Assembly (NCBI GenBank): GCA_963677595.1
Contig: OY782041.1
Coordinates: 2,304,001 to 2,368,000, forward strand
Length of the DNA: 64,000 nt
Source of the DNA: Spirochaetia bacterium
GTDB taxonomy: Bacteria; Spirochaetota; Spirochaetia; CAKZLE01
Direction: 5' to 3'
Shown here piece by piece: positions 10,257 through 20,378 of this stretch. The notes below the pieces were generated by a model that saw only the letters and a program-made list of their open reading frames with translations, had not been told where the DNA came from and searched no databases. The position numbers and the translations under genes are program-made. Position 1 is the first letter of the stretch. Each line of letters begins with the position of its first letter.

Positions 10257-10360
10257 GTAATCCTGTTTTCTTCCCCTGGGACTGGTTCTGTCCCTTTACT
10301 CTATTCAGGTCCTTCAATTAGAATGGGGAAGCTCAAAAACACAACTGGAGGGAATCAAAT

Positions 10361-10945
10361 ATGGTCAATGTCACCGAAGTAACAGATAAGACAGGCGATC
10401 CCGGGCCATTGGGGCTCATGGGGTTCGGTATGACCACCGTACTGCTGAACCTGCATAACGCGGGGCTCTTCGGCCTGGGGTCTATGATCCTTGCCATGGG
10501 GATCTTCTACGGCGGTATCGCGCAGGTCATCGCCGGGGTCATGGAATGGAAGAAGGGGAACACCTTCGGGACGACAGCATTCGTCTCCTATGGGTTCTTC
10601 TGGCTCTCGCTCGTGGGGCTGAAGGTCATGCCTGCGATGGGGCTCGTTGCCGAACCGGCACTCGGGGCGATGGTAGCCTACCTGATCATGTGGGGGATAT
10701 TCACCGGCGTGCTCTTCATTGGTACGCTGAAGCTCCACAGGGCCCTGCAGGTGGTCTTCGCATCGCTCACGATCCTCTTCTTCCTGCTCGCCCTCGGCGA
10801 TATCACAGGGAGTGCCGTGATCAAGACCATCACCGGTATAGAGGGAGTCTTCTGCGGTCTCTCAGCCATGTATACCGGTCTGGGACAGGTCCTCAACGAG
10901 GTCTACGGGAAGGTCGTCTGGCCGCTCCACCCGAAAGAGAAATAG
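10361..10945 (+). CDS. satP: Acetate/succinate uptake transporter (GPR1/FUN34/YaaH family)
   Basis: [22 protein letters not shown] and [16 protein letters not shown] signatures. Confidence 0.93.
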   Translation: MVNVTEVTDKTGDPGPLGLMGFGMTTVLLNLHNAGLFGLGSMILAMGIFYGGIAQVIAGVMEWKKGNTFGTTAFVSYGFFWLSLVGLKVMPAMGLVAEPALGAMVAYLIMWGIFTGVLFIGTLKLHRALQVVFASLTILFFLLALGDITGSAVIKTITGIEGVFCGLSAMYTGLGQVLNEVYGKVVWPLHPKEK

Positions 10946-10958
10946 GACTCTGCACCAT

Positions 10959-10984
10959 CATGTCCCCGGGATCCCGGGGACATG
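10959..10984. terminator. 26-bp perfect palindrome between convergent genes; probable bidirectional terminator
   Basis: catgtccccggga|tcccggggacatg lies between the satP stop and the ferric-reductase stop; no U tract. Confidence 0.55.
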
Positions 10985-10988
10985 CTCA

Positions 10989-12272
10989 TCAGAAACTGAA
11001 CGCCTCGAAGTAGATCTGCTTCTTGTGTACTCCCAATGAGGCGAGTGCATCGCAGACGATGGTGCGCACCCCGGGTGAGGAGCAGATGAAGTAGCTCGCG
11101 CCTGCCGGGTTCGCGATATGCTCATCAAAGAGATCCTTGTGGTAGAGGATCCCGTCCTCGCTGAAGATGAACAGCTTTATATCCAGGGGATCGATCTCCT
11201 CATGGAGCTGCTTAAGTTCCTCCTCGATCAGCAGTTCATCCCGCTGGTTGACTGCGAGGAATGCCGTGACCTGCCCCTTTGGGTGCCCATGCCCCATATC
11301 TCTCAGGAGACTGAGCAGGGGGACGATCCCGATCCCGGAACCGATGAGGACCGTGTCCCCTTTTGCGTAGTCGGGGATGAAATCCCCAAACCCGCCGTTG
11401 ATGCGGATCGTGGTTCCCTCCTCGATCTGGCCGACGCGCTTCGTATAGTCCCCTACCATCTTGATCCCGACCTGGATCTCCTCCTCGTGCGGGGTGGAGA
11501 GGAAGGAGAAGGGGTGCTCCTCTTCGAAGAACCGGTTACCCAGGATCCTGAGATACCCGAACTGCCCGGCACGGTATGCTATTCGGCCCTTCTGCAGGGG
11601 TACGAGGGTCAGCACGACGGTATCCCCGATGATCCGCTTCTTCGTCACCCGAAGCTTCGGCAGCAGCAGGCTGCGTATCCGTGCATAGATGACGATCGCC
11701 ATCACGGCAAGGGGGTAGTAGGAGGCATAGCCTGAGATGAAGGAGCTCGAACTGTACATGAGGTCCGCTTCACTCACATGGGTGTAGGTCATGATCCCGA
11801 AGAGGATGAAGAGGTAGCCGTGTACCCGCTTCATCAGGTCATAGGGGATCTTCCCGAAGAACGGGACCCTTGCCACCAGCACCTTGCGGAGCTTCCGGGA
11901 CAGCGGAGTCTCGATCCAGAGGATCGCGGCGAAGAGCAGGACGGTCCAGAGGGCCAGCAGGAGCCAGGTCGACAGGTCGATATACTTCCCTGAGATGATC
12001 TTGAAGGCTCCATGGAAATAGATCGTTACCGTAAGGATGACCCCTGAGATCGCATGGAACTTCACCATCCGGTCATAGGGGAAGAACCGCTGCAGCCTCG
12101 GGATCTTGACCGAGATCAGCAGGTGGTTGAACACCGCGTAGAAGGAGATGATTGAGCTGATATAGTTCAGGGCCTCCGGGAAGCTGATAAATGGCAACTC
12201 CCTGATATACCCCACCACCTGGGCTCCCGGGATAAGCAGGTAGAGAACGAGCAGGGTCGCGAGCTTCATCAT
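10989..12272 (-). CDS. Ferric-reductase-like transmembrane protein with FNR-type FAD/NAD domains
   Basis: TM His residues (KFHAISG, FHG, RVHGY, THV), GQFGYL, HPFSF, GSGIGIVPLLS, C-terminal EAFSF; ATGA overlap with the upstream gene. Confidence 0.85.
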   Translation of the reverse strand: MMKLATLLVLYLLIPGAQVVGYIRELPFISFPEALNYISSIISFYAVFNHLLISVKIPRLQRFFPYDRMVKFHAISGVILTVTIYFHGAFKIISGKYIDLSTWLLLALWTVLLFAAILWIETPLSRKLRKVLVARVPFFGKIPYDLMKRVHGYLFILFGIMTYTHVSEADLMYSSSSFISGYASYYPLAVMAIVIYARIRSLLLPKLRVTKKRIIGDTVVLTLVPLQKGRIAYRAGQFGYLRILGNRFFEEEHPFSFLSTPHEEEIQVGIKMVGDYTKRVGQIEEGTTIRINGGFGDFIPDYAKGDTVLIGSGIGIVPLLSLLRDMGHGHPKGQVTAFLAVNQRDELLIEEELKQLHEEIDPLDIKLFIFSEDGILYHKDLFDEHIANPAGASYFICSSPGVRTIVCDALASLGVHKKQIYFEAFSF

Positions 12273-12745
12273 TTGGCCATATCCCCGATGAGCTCGAAGA
12301 GCTTGGCAGTCCACTGCTTGTGCATGGTGTCAGTCCTTCCTTCCTTGTAGTAGGATGCCGCAGAGACCGCATCAACCCCGAGCAGGGAGTCTGAAGCTGG
12401 GATGACCTCATAGAAGGTTTGTTTTCCCATCGAGTAGAGGTTAACGAGGATGTAGTTGCTCTTGTCCGCGACGGTGTTCAGGTAGGTGGTGATGCGGCTG
12501 TCGACCTGCCCCTGTGATGACCCCGTATTGAGGATGACCACCGGGTTCGTGGTGTCCTTCAGCTTCGCGAAGCCTGCTGCATAGGAGGGCTTCAGGGAGA
12601 GCTTGCTCTTCTTGATCTGCTTCCCAATATACTTGGTCGCCTCCATGTTGACCTCAGTCCGCCCGAAATAGACGATGCTGAAATTCTGAGCGAAGAGGTT
12701 CGCTCCCGCTATAATAAGTATCAAGATAAGTAGTATCCGTTTCAT
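12269..12745 (-). CDS. Secreted hypothetical protein
   Basis: Signal peptide MKRILLILILIIAGANLFA; RBS aaggag. Confidence 0.75.
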   Translation of the reverse strand: MKRILLILILIIAGANLFAQNFSIVYFGRTEVNMEATKYIGKQIKKSKLSLKPSYAAGFAKLKDTTNPVVILNTGSSQGQVDSRITTYLNTVADKSNYILVNLYSMGKQTFYEVIPASDSLLGVDAVSAASYYKEGRTDTMHKQWTAKLFELIGDMAK

Positions 12746-12766
12746 ACGATTGTTCTCCTTGGTTGG

Positions 12767-13243
12767 TCAGAGTAATTCGATGATGATCGACGCGGACATG
12801 AGCCCGGCACCGATTCCGCCGAGCCATGGGTGGGCATCGGAGTCCTCGCTCGCTGCAGCGACGATCATCAGTACACTGCCGGTGATGCCCATGGCAGCAT
12901 GGATGGTGTCTGCAGAGAGCCAGCCGTCGGATGACTCATCCGAGAAGATCCTGTCCCCGTAGTTCAGCAGTCCCACCCCGATGTTCACCGCAGAGGTGAC
13001 TGCAGCGGCTGTACCCAGGGCACCGTGGAGGTCATCCTCCACCAGGCCGGGGTTGAATACACAGGCCGCAAGCCCGAGGGCAGCCGAGGTGTAGCCCGCG
13101 ACCGTATGGGTGTCGGAGAGGATGGAGTACATCTCCGGGCCTTTGAGGTAGTCATTGATCTCTTCGAGGAGGTTTGCATCCCCGGCAGAGAGTGGGGCTG
13201 CTGCCAGCAGCAGGATGCATAACAGATAGATCACTCGTTTCAT
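12767..13243 (-). CDS. Hypothetical membrane protein with signal peptide and His-bearing TM helices
   Basis: MKRVIYLLCILLLAAAPLSA followed by four hydrophobic helices each starting with His (HTVAG, HGALG, HAAMG, HPWLG). Confidence 0.7.
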   Translation of the reverse strand: MKRVIYLLCILLLAAAPLSAGDANLLEEINDYLKGPEMYSILSDTHTVAGYTSAALGLAACVFNPGLVEDDLHGALGTAAAVTSAVNIGVGLLNYGDRIFSDESSDGWLSADTIHAAMGITGSVLMIVAAASEDSDAHPWLGGIGAGLMSASIIIELL

Positions 13244-13324
13244 GTCGCCTTCCGTCCCTGCGTATCTCATGACGCAGTATGTTTGGTCTTACTTTTTCAT
13301 GTGATGGAGTAATCATAGCATTGT

Positions 13325-13364
13325 TGACAAGAATTGTCATCATTACAAGGTTGAATTAATTCAA
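13325..13364. promoter_or_regulatory. Two palindromic operator candidates upstream of the ferric-reductase operon
   Basis: tgacaa-gaa-ttgtca (13325-13339) and perfect ttgaattaattcaa (13351-13364). Confidence 0.45.
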
Positions 13365-13413
13365 TAAATTATGAAATGTCGTTATGATGATCAAGGGGAA
13401 GAGGATGGACAGG

Positions 13414-13441
13414 GAGAAAGGGGAGAGAACTCCCCTTTCTC
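13414..13441 (-). terminator. Hairpin terminator after the ABC exporter operon
   Basis: 12-bp stem gagaaaggggag-agaa-ctcccctttctc, 11 bp past the stop codon. Confidence 0.65.
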
Positions 13442-13452
13442 ACGTCTTGTCG

Positions 13453-15345
13453 TCAGATAGCCTCGCCGGCGAACTGGCTGTTGTAGAGGTCTGCGTAGAA
13501 GCCGTCAGCATCGAGCAGCTGGTGGTGGTTGCCCTGCTCGACGATGGAGCCCTCGTTCATGACGAGGATCGTGTCGGCATCCCGGATCGTGGAGAGCCGG
13601 TGGGCGATGATGAAGTTGGTCCTGCCCTTCATGAGGGCGGCCATGGCCTTCTGGATGATCAGCTCGGTACGCGTGTCGACGTTGCTCGTCGCCTCATCGA
13701 GGATGAGGATCGCCGGGTCAGCGAGGAATGCCCGGGCTATGGTGATCAGCTGCTTCTGGCCAGACGAGATGTTCGAGGCCTCCTCGTTGAGGATGGTGTC
13801 ATAGCCTTCAGGCAGGGTCCTGATGAAGTGGTCGGCATGGGCGGCCTTGGCCACTGCATGGATCTCCTCATCCGTCGCCCCATCACGGCCGTAGGCGATG
13901 TTCTCCCGGATCGTACCCTTGAAGAGCCAGCTGTCCTGCAGGACCATGCCGAAGTGGTTACGCAGCTCCCCGCGGCGAAGGCTGCGGGTATCGACCTCGT
14001 CGATCGAGATCGAGCCGGCCTGGATCTCATAGAAGCGCATCAGGAGGTTCACCAGGGTGGTCTTCCCAGCCCCGGTGGGACCTACGATGGCGATCGAGGC
14101 CCCGGGGGCGACGCTGATGTTGAGTCCCTCGATCAGCGGCTTGTCAGGCAGGTAGCTGAAGTCCACGTCCTTGAGCTCGATAGCTCCCTTGACTGATCCC
14201 AATTCCACAGGCTGCTCGGGGTCGGTGATCTCCTCCTCCTCGTCGAGGATCTCGAAGACACGCTCTGCCGCTGCTACGGTGGACTGGAGGAGGTTGGCGA
14301 TGGTAGCAGTCTGCTGGATCGGCTGGGTGAACTGGCGCGCATACTGGATGAATGCCTGGATGTCGCCGATCTCGATGAGCCTCTTCGTCACGAAGATGCC
14401 GCCGGCGACACTGATGATCACGTAGCCGAGGCTGCTGATAGCCGTCATCAGCGGCATGATGATGCTGGATACGAACTGGGCCTTCCAGCCCACCTCATAG
14501 AGTTCCTCGTTTTTCCCTTCGAAGAGCCTGATCGACTCCTTCTCATGGTTGAACGCCTTCACCTCACGATGCCCGGTGAACATCTCCTCGACATGCCCGT
14601 TGAGCTCCCCGATGATCTTCTGCTGCTTGGCGAAGTATAACTGAGACTTCTTGATGATGCTCTTGACCACGATGAAGCTCAAGGGGAGGGTGACGATCGT
14701 CACCAGCGTGAGGATCGGCGAGATGGTGAGCATCATGATGATGATCCCGATGAGGGTGACGAAGGCCGTGATCACCTGGGTCAGGCTCTGCTGGAGCGAT
14801 GTACTGATCAGGTCGATGTCATTGGTGATGCGGGAGAGTACGTCCCCATGGCTGTGCATGTCGAAGTACTTGAGCGGGAGCTTCGTAGTCTTCTCCTTCA
14901 CCTCCTTGCGCAGGTTGTAGACAGTCTTCTGGGCCACCCCGGCCATGAGGTACTGCATGAGGAAGTTGAACAGCGATGCCGCCCCGTAGAGGCCTGCCAG
15001 GATGATGAGGATCCTCAAGATATAGGGGAAATCGATGGCTGCCCCGGGCACCCCCTGCATCTTCATCATGAACCCCTCGAAGAGGCGGGTGATCGCCTTG
15101 CCGAGGATCTTCGGGCTGAGGATGTTGAATACCGTACTTGCTGCCGCGAAGATGAGGACGATGAACAGCCTCAGCCTGAAAGGTCTCAGGTAGGCGACAA
15201 GCTTCTTGAAGGTTCCCTTGAAGTCCTTGGGTTTCTCCACCGCCCTGGACATGGCTCCGTGCATGCCGCCGTGGCCGCCGCCCCGAGCCATTTGTCCGGG
15301 TCTCATCTGTTTCATGTCGGGTTGTCTGTTCTTCTCGCTGCTCAT
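13453..15345 (-). CDS. Heterodimeric multidrug ABC exporter, consensus subunit
   Basis: TMD plus GPTGAGKT, ISSGQKQ, LILDEATS, AHRLST. Confidence 0.95.
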   Translation of the reverse strand: MSSEKNRQPDMKQMRPGQMARGGGHGGMHGAMSRAVEKPKDFKGTFKKLVAYLRPFRLRLFIVLIFAAASTVFNILSPKILGKAITRLFEGFMMKMQGVPGAAIDFPYILRILIILAGLYGAASLFNFLMQYLMAGVAQKTVYNLRKEVKEKTTKLPLKYFDMHSHGDVLSRITNDIDLISTSLQQSLTQVITAFVTLIGIIIMMLTISPILTLVTIVTLPLSFIVVKSIIKKSQLYFAKQQKIIGELNGHVEEMFTGHREVKAFNHEKESIRLFEGKNEELYEVGWKAQFVSSIIMPLMTAISSLGYVIISVAGGIFVTKRLIEIGDIQAFIQYARQFTQPIQQTATIANLLQSTVAAAERVFEILDEEEEITDPEQPVELGSVKGAIELKDVDFSYLPDKPLIEGLNISVAPGASIAIVGPTGAGKTTLVNLLMRFYEIQAGSISIDEVDTRSLRRGELRNHFGMVLQDSWLFKGTIRENIAYGRDGATDEEIHAVAKAAHADHFIRTLPEGYDTILNEEASNISSGQKQLITIARAFLADPAILILDEATSNVDTRTELIIQKAMAALMKGRTNFIIAHRLSTIRDADTILVMNEGSIVEQGNHHQLLDADGFYADLYNSQFAGEAI

Positions 15346-17072
15346 GCCGGCACCTCCCCTGAGAACTGGGAGTCTGAGATCTCCCGGTAGATCGGGCAGG
15401 ACTCGAGGAGTTCCTCATGGGTCCCCTTCCCGACGATCCTTCCTTCATCCATGACCAGTATCTGGTCAGCGGTCATGACCGTGCTCACCCGCTGGGAGAC
15501 GAGGATCACCGCTGACTCCTTCGTCTCTTCAAGCAGCGCCTTCCTCAAGGCCGCATCAGTCTTGAAGTCGAGGGCTGAGAAGCTGTCATCGAAGAGGTAG
15601 ATGTCCCTCTTGGCAGCGAGGGCCCTGGCGATCGCCAGGCGCTGCTTCTGGCCGCCTGAGACATTCACGCCCCCCTGGGCGATCTCGGTGTCATACCCTT
15701 CGTCCATCTTCCCGATGAAGTCCGCTGCCTGGGCGATCTCCGCTGCATGGATCACTTCCCCATCGCTTGCAGATTTCGCTGCGAACCTGATGTTCTCGGA
15801 GACTGTCCCGGAGAAGAGGATGGACTTCTGTGAGACATAGCCGATCCGTGAACGGAGCTCCTCCTGGCTCATCTTCCTGATATCCACGCCCCCGAGCTTG
15901 ATTGCCCCACTCAGGACATCATAGAAGCGGGGGATGAGGTTGATGACCGTGGACTTCCCCGACCCGGTCCCGCCGATGATAGCGGTCACCGTTCCCGGTT
16001 CGGTGGTGAATGATATGCCGGACAGGGCGGGTTCCTCAGCCCCATGGTAGCGGAAGGACACGTTCTCGAAGGTGATCTTGCCCGGTGCTTCCTTGCCGAC
16101 ATGTTCGAGGTCATCGGGATCCTTGATGGAGGGTTCGAGATCGAGGACCTCGTTGATACGCCCTGCCGATACCGAGGCTCTCGGGATCATGATCAGCATC
16201 ATCGTCATCATGATCAGGGAGAACATGATCCGCATGATGTACTGGATATAGGCCATGAGGTCACCGATCGCCATGTTCCCGCCGTCGATGCGTATCCCGC
16301 CGAACCAGACGACCGCCAGGGTCGTGAGGTTGAACAGCAGCATGATCACCGGCATGGTGACTGCCATGAGCCTGTTGACCCGTATCGATACGTCCATCAG
16401 GCTGCGGTTCGCCTCGTCGAACCGTTCGACCTCGTGTTTCTTCTTATTGAAGGCCCTGATGACCCGCACCCCGGTGAGGCTCTCCCGCAGGACCAGGTTT
16501 ATATGGTCGACCCGATTCTGGATCGCCTTGAACATCGGGAGCCCCTTGGTAGCGACGAAGGCCACGAAGGTGGCGATGACCGGTACGACCACGACGAGGA
16601 TCAGCGAGAGCGGCCCGTCCTTGGAGATCGCCATGATGACCCCGCCGATGGCCATCATCGGTGCGAAGAGCATCATGCGCAGGACCATGAAGGTCGCCTG
16701 CTGTACCTGCGTGATATCATTGGTGGTCCTGACGATCATTGAGGCGGTCCCGATCCGGTCGAACTCATCGAGTGAGTAGGACTCGATCCGGTTGAATACC
16801 TTCCCCCTGATGTTCCTGCTGAACCCTACTGCCGTCCTGGAAGCGAGGAAGCCGGCAAGTATCGTACAGATTGCCCCCCCGATGGTGACGAGGAGCATGA
16901 TGCCCCCCGTCTTCCAGATATAGGGGACATCGCCGTTGACGATGCCCACATCCACGATATCGGCCATGAGTGTCGGCAGGTAGAGTTCCGACATCGCCTG
17001 CCCGAAGACAAGCACGAAGACGGCTATCACCGAGAGGGTGAAGGGCCGCAGCTGTTTCATTAATCTAAGCAT
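15342..17072 (-). CDS. Heterodimeric multidrug ABC exporter, degenerate subunit
   Basis: GGTGSGKS, VSGGQKQ, degenerate FDDSFSALD and SQRVST. Confidence 0.95.
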   Translation of the reverse strand: MLRLMKQLRPFTLSVIAVFVLVFGQAMSELYLPTLMADIVDVGIVNGDVPYIWKTGGIMLLVTIGGAICTILAGFLASRTAVGFSRNIRGKVFNRIESYSLDEFDRIGTASMIVRTTNDITQVQQATFMVLRMMLFAPMMAIGGVIMAISKDGPLSLILVVVVPVIATFVAFVATKGLPMFKAIQNRVDHINLVLRESLTGVRVIRAFNKKKHEVERFDEANRSLMDVSIRVNRLMAVTMPVIMLLFNLTTLAVVWFGGIRIDGGNMAIGDLMAYIQYIMRIMFSLIMMTMMLIMIPRASVSAGRINEVLDLEPSIKDPDDLEHVGKEAPGKITFENVSFRYHGAEEPALSGISFTTEPGTVTAIIGGTGSGKSTVINLIPRFYDVLSGAIKLGGVDIRKMSQEELRSRIGYVSQKSILFSGTVSENIRFAAKSASDGEVIHAAEIAQAADFIGKMDEGYDTEIAQGGVNVSGGQKQRLAIARALAAKRDIYLFDDSFSALDFKTDAALRKALLEETKESAVILVSQRVSTVMTADQILVMDEGRIVGKGTHEELLESCPIYREISDSQFSGEVPA

Positions 17073-17090
17073 GTAGTATTCCTCATATTC

Positions 17091-17579
17091 TCATTTCAAG
17101 GTCTTGGTGAAATAATCGGTGCTCTCATCGATGAGACGGATCATCTCCCGGCTCTGCTCTTCACCCAGGTGGTCCACCAGGGAGGTGAACCCGCCCAAGG
17201 TCGAGGCGAAGGTCTTCTGGACCGTCTCCCAGCCTGCCTCTGTCATGGCTACCCGGATGACCCTCCGGTCATTCCGGTCGATCTCACGGGAGATGAAGCC
17301 CTTCTCCTCGAGCCGGTTGATGTGACCGGTCACCGTGGAGGAGTTGATCTCCAGCCGCTCCCCGATCTGCGAGGGGGTGATGAACTCCGACGGGTCCCCG
17401 CACCCCCCGGTATGGTGCGAGATCGTCCTCAGCACCATCGATTCCACCGGGCTCAGGTCCCCGAAATGGTGGAGCTTCTCGAACCATCCCGACTTCCTGA
17501 ACCGGTAGAGGGACCTGAGCAGTGCCTGGGCTGTAGCCTGGGCCCCTGTCAGTTCCTTGCTGTGCATTACATGAATCAT
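17091..17579 (-). CDS. MarR-family regulator
   Basis: TPSQIGERLEINSSTVTGHINRLEEKGFI...DRRVIRVAMTEAG; RBS caggag before ATG 17579. Confidence 0.9.
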   Translation of the reverse strand: MIHVMHSKELTGAQATAQALLRSLYRFRKSGWFEKLHHFGDLSPVESMVLRTISHHTGGCGDPSEFITPSQIGERLEINSSTVTGHINRLEEKGFISREIDRNDRRVIRVAMTEAGWETVQKTFASTLGGFTSLVDHLGEEQSREMIRLIDESTDYFTKTLK

Positions 17580-17603
17580 GATTACTCCTGAAGTTCTGGT
17601 ATC

Positions 17604-17628
17604 AAATAGTTCGGATACCAAACTATTT
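17604..17628. promoter_or_regulatory. Probable MarR operator
   Basis: aaatagtt-N9-aactattt inverted repeat just upstream of marR. Confidence 0.65.
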
Positions 17629-17739
17629 AGAAGGTAAACTTCCCGGGAAGAAAAGTCAAGCTTGGAGCACATAAAAAGGCCCCTCACAGGGAAGCTGCAA
17701 GCTTCCATGCAAGGGACCTGAAATGCTACAAGTAGTTCT

Positions 17740-20364
17740 CTACAGGGAGATGCCTCCCCATACCTTGGCGCCCCAGGAGATCTCATCGTCGTCATTATCG
17801 ACTTTGTTGTCGATGTAGCCGCCGCTAATCTCGATCCCGGAGGTGAATGCCCCGATGGACTTCTTGAGCTTGAGGGTACTGTCGATGGAGAGTTCTTCCA
17901 TGGATGTCGAGCCGAAGGGGTAGGTCTCCTCCCAGCCCCCGCCGATACTGATCGTATCGAACCAGAGGTCCTTGAAGGAGAGGGTAGCCTTGATCTCCTG
18001 TACGGTGTCGATGCTTGCGTCCGTTCCCCAGTCGCGGCTGTAGCCTCCTGCCAGGCCGATCTTGTCATAGCCGATCTTGGCAGCTCCCTCTGCGCTGAAG
18101 TCCCAGTAGGTAGAAGTATCTTCTACTCCATCCACATACCGGTTCATGACATAGGAGTCATCGGTCTTGGCACTCAGCCCGAAGGAGAACTTGCCGAGCT
18201 TGAGGGTCTTGCTCTTCCAGGAACCGGTCCCGCCGATGATGAAGGCATCCTGGTAGTCGGTTGAGGTAGTATCCCCGCCGGTATCGGTGAGCTCCCAGGC
18301 GAAGGTCCCGCCCAGCTTGAAGCGGCCGAGGAGGCCGAAGCTCGGGGTGTTGATCGTGAGGCCGCCCTCATGGGTGATCTCGGGGATGATGGAGGTCGTT
18401 GCCAGCCCGTCGAGGATGTCGGTGACCATTGTCGGTATCACGTCGGGAACGATGCTCTCGACCAGCGGTACGAGGTCGTTGAGCAGGATGTCAGGTATGT
18501 TGGCCGTATCCCAGTTATACCCGAGCTCGATGCCCCAGTCCCCGAGGCTGATGTCCCAGAGTCCGCCGACCTGCTGCATGCCGGTCGTGATCGATGCCCC
18601 GAGGCTCTTGTAGCTGCCGTCGGTCTTCCGGTACCAGCCTGAGAGGCCCAGCGGGGCGATCGTCAGGTCTGCACCGTAGGTGATGCCCCAGAGACTCAGG
18701 TCCAGTGCGTCGGTAGCGATCCCCATGGAGATGGGGAAGTAGTCCAGGACGGGGAAATAGCCCTGGATCATGTTGATGTAGGTATCAATCGGGTCGAGGG
18801 CTGAGGTGTCGTCCATGAAGTCTCCAGCCAGTGACACGATGTCAGCGACATCCCCGGCGTCGCTGACGTGGAGGGTGAGTCCCGCCTCTCCTTTCAGCTC
18901 GAACCAGGGGGTGTTGAACCCGGTACCGAGACCGAGGACGAGGTTCTGTTCCGGGTCCACGATGTAGTCAGTCCCATCGATCAGCCCGTAGAGGGCTGCG
19001 ATCGCATTACTACTCTTCGCCTGCCCCCTAATAACCTCATAGGAGCCCTGGTAGTCGGCGATCAGCGACACGTTGGTCTGGAAGTACCAGAAGTCGAAGA
19101 TGTCTACCCCGACCTGGACACCGGCATACTGCCGCGGCCAGGCAGCCTCGGTCAGCCCGAGGTCGATGAGGCCGTTGGCGGCCCGTACGGAGATCAGCGG
19201 GATGTCAAGCTGGAAGAAGGAACCGCGCAGCGGCATGTTCTGTACTGTCTGGTCCTGGAAGCTTACCGTCTGGTCACCGAAGCGGTAGACGAGGACCTCG
19301 TCGAAGATCGAGAAGTCGACGAGGAACTGGTTGTTTGAGTCGAAGGTCCTGGCATGGGTCCACATGCCGTCAGTGTAGTTGTAGGCATAGGGGTTCCACA
19401 GTCTCAGGACCTCATAATAGTCTGACATGGTTGCTGAGAGGTAGGGGTAGTCGTACCAGGTAGCATAATTATCGGTGTAGGTGGTATCGATGTACTCCAT
19501 CAGGTCCCGGGTATCGCCGAGGTCTACCGAGACGGCGAGCTCTATCGGACCTGCCCCGACCATGCCGGAGGCACCAAGCCCGAAGTCGACCTCGACCTCA
19601 TGGGTGAGGCCTGCGAAGAGGTCATCCATGGCAGGCATGGTCAGGCTCGCTTCGGAACCGGTGACCTCATAGGTGATCTCAGCGTCTGCATAGTAATCAC
19701 CCTCAGCTTTGAAGAAGGGGCCGCGCTGCTTGCCGATTACCTGGAAGGAGAGTTCTTCGCTCGACTCATTCCCCGAGGCATCGGCTACGCTCAGGCTCAA
19801 GGTCGCAGTCTCGTTGGTCTGTGGGGTATAGATCCCCTGGATGAACGGCCCGAAGGAGACGACACCCTCAATCGGCTGCCCGTTTATCGAGAATTCATTG
19901 ACGGTGAGGGAGGCTTCCCCCTCAGCCGTCAGCATGATGACCTGGGGCTGCCCGATCTGGAGGATGAGTTCCTCAGGGGCGAGCAGGGTCAGTTCAGGCG
20001 GTGCTGTGTCAGCCGTGAGCGGCAGCATGGCCGATCCCTTATCAGGGATCCTCCTGATATACCCGTCGGTGCCCTTCACCTCAGTGAAGTACTGGAGGGC
20101 TTCCCCGGTAATGTAGATGCCGGGGATCGTGCCGGACCAGGTCCCGTCGGTCTGCTCGAGGTCCAGGAAGAGGGGGTCAGCCCCCTCCTGCATCAGGTAG
20201 AACCTGGCAGACTCGACGGCAGCATCCCCATCCTCCTGCATGAGCAGGACATCAAGGGACTTATTGACCGGAGCTTCTTCAGGGAGTCCTATCGTGTACC
20301 CAAAGAGGAGGGAACTCGAAACAGTTATCAGAACGATGATCAGGAACAGTCTACTTGCTTTCAT
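17740..20364 (-). CDS. Secreted 874-aa protein, N-terminal Ig-like region and probable outer-membrane beta-barrel C-terminus
   Basis: Signal peptide; alternating amphipathic aromatic-rich strands in the C-terminal part (GIELGYNWD, FKLGGTFAWE, ISWGAKVWGGISL). Confidence 0.6.
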   Translation of the reverse strand: MKASRLFLIIVLITVSSSLLFGYTIGLPEEAPVNKSLDVLLMQEDGDAAVESARFYLMQEGADPLFLDLEQTDGTWSGTIPGIYITGEALQYFTEVKGTDGYIRRIPDKGSAMLPLTADTAPPELTLLAPEELILQIGQPQVIMLTAEGEASLTVNEFSINGQPIEGVVSFGPFIQGIYTPQTNETATLSLSVADASGNESSEELSFQVIGKQRGPFFKAEGDYYADAEITYEVTGSEASLTMPAMDDLFAGLTHEVEVDFGLGASGMVGAGPIELAVSVDLGDTRDLMEYIDTTYTDNYATWYDYPYLSATMSDYYEVLRLWNPYAYNYTDGMWTHARTFDSNNQFLVDFSIFDEVLVYRFGDQTVSFQDQTVQNMPLRGSFFQLDIPLISVRAANGLIDLGLTEAAWPRQYAGVQVGVDIFDFWYFQTNVSLIADYQGSYEVIRGQAKSSNAIAALYGLIDGTDYIVDPEQNLVLGLGTGFNTPWFELKGEAGLTLHVSDAGDVADIVSLAGDFMDDTSALDPIDTYINMIQGYFPVLDYFPISMGIATDALDLSLWGITYGADLTIAPLGLSGWYRKTDGSYKSLGASITTGMQQVGGLWDISLGDWGIELGYNWDTANIPDILLNDLVPLVESIVPDVIPTMVTDILDGLATTSIIPEITHEGGLTINTPSFGLLGRFKLGGTFAWELTDTGGDTTSTDYQDAFIIGGTGSWKSKTLKLGKFSFGLSAKTDDSYVMNRYVDGVEDTSTYWDFSAEGAAKIGYDKIGLAGGYSRDWGTDASIDTVQEIKATLSFKDLWFDTISIGGGWEETYPFGSTSMEELSIDSTLKLKKSIGAFTSGIEISGGYIDNKVDNDDDEISWGAKVWGGISL

Positions 20365-20378
20365 AACGGTCCTCCTCC

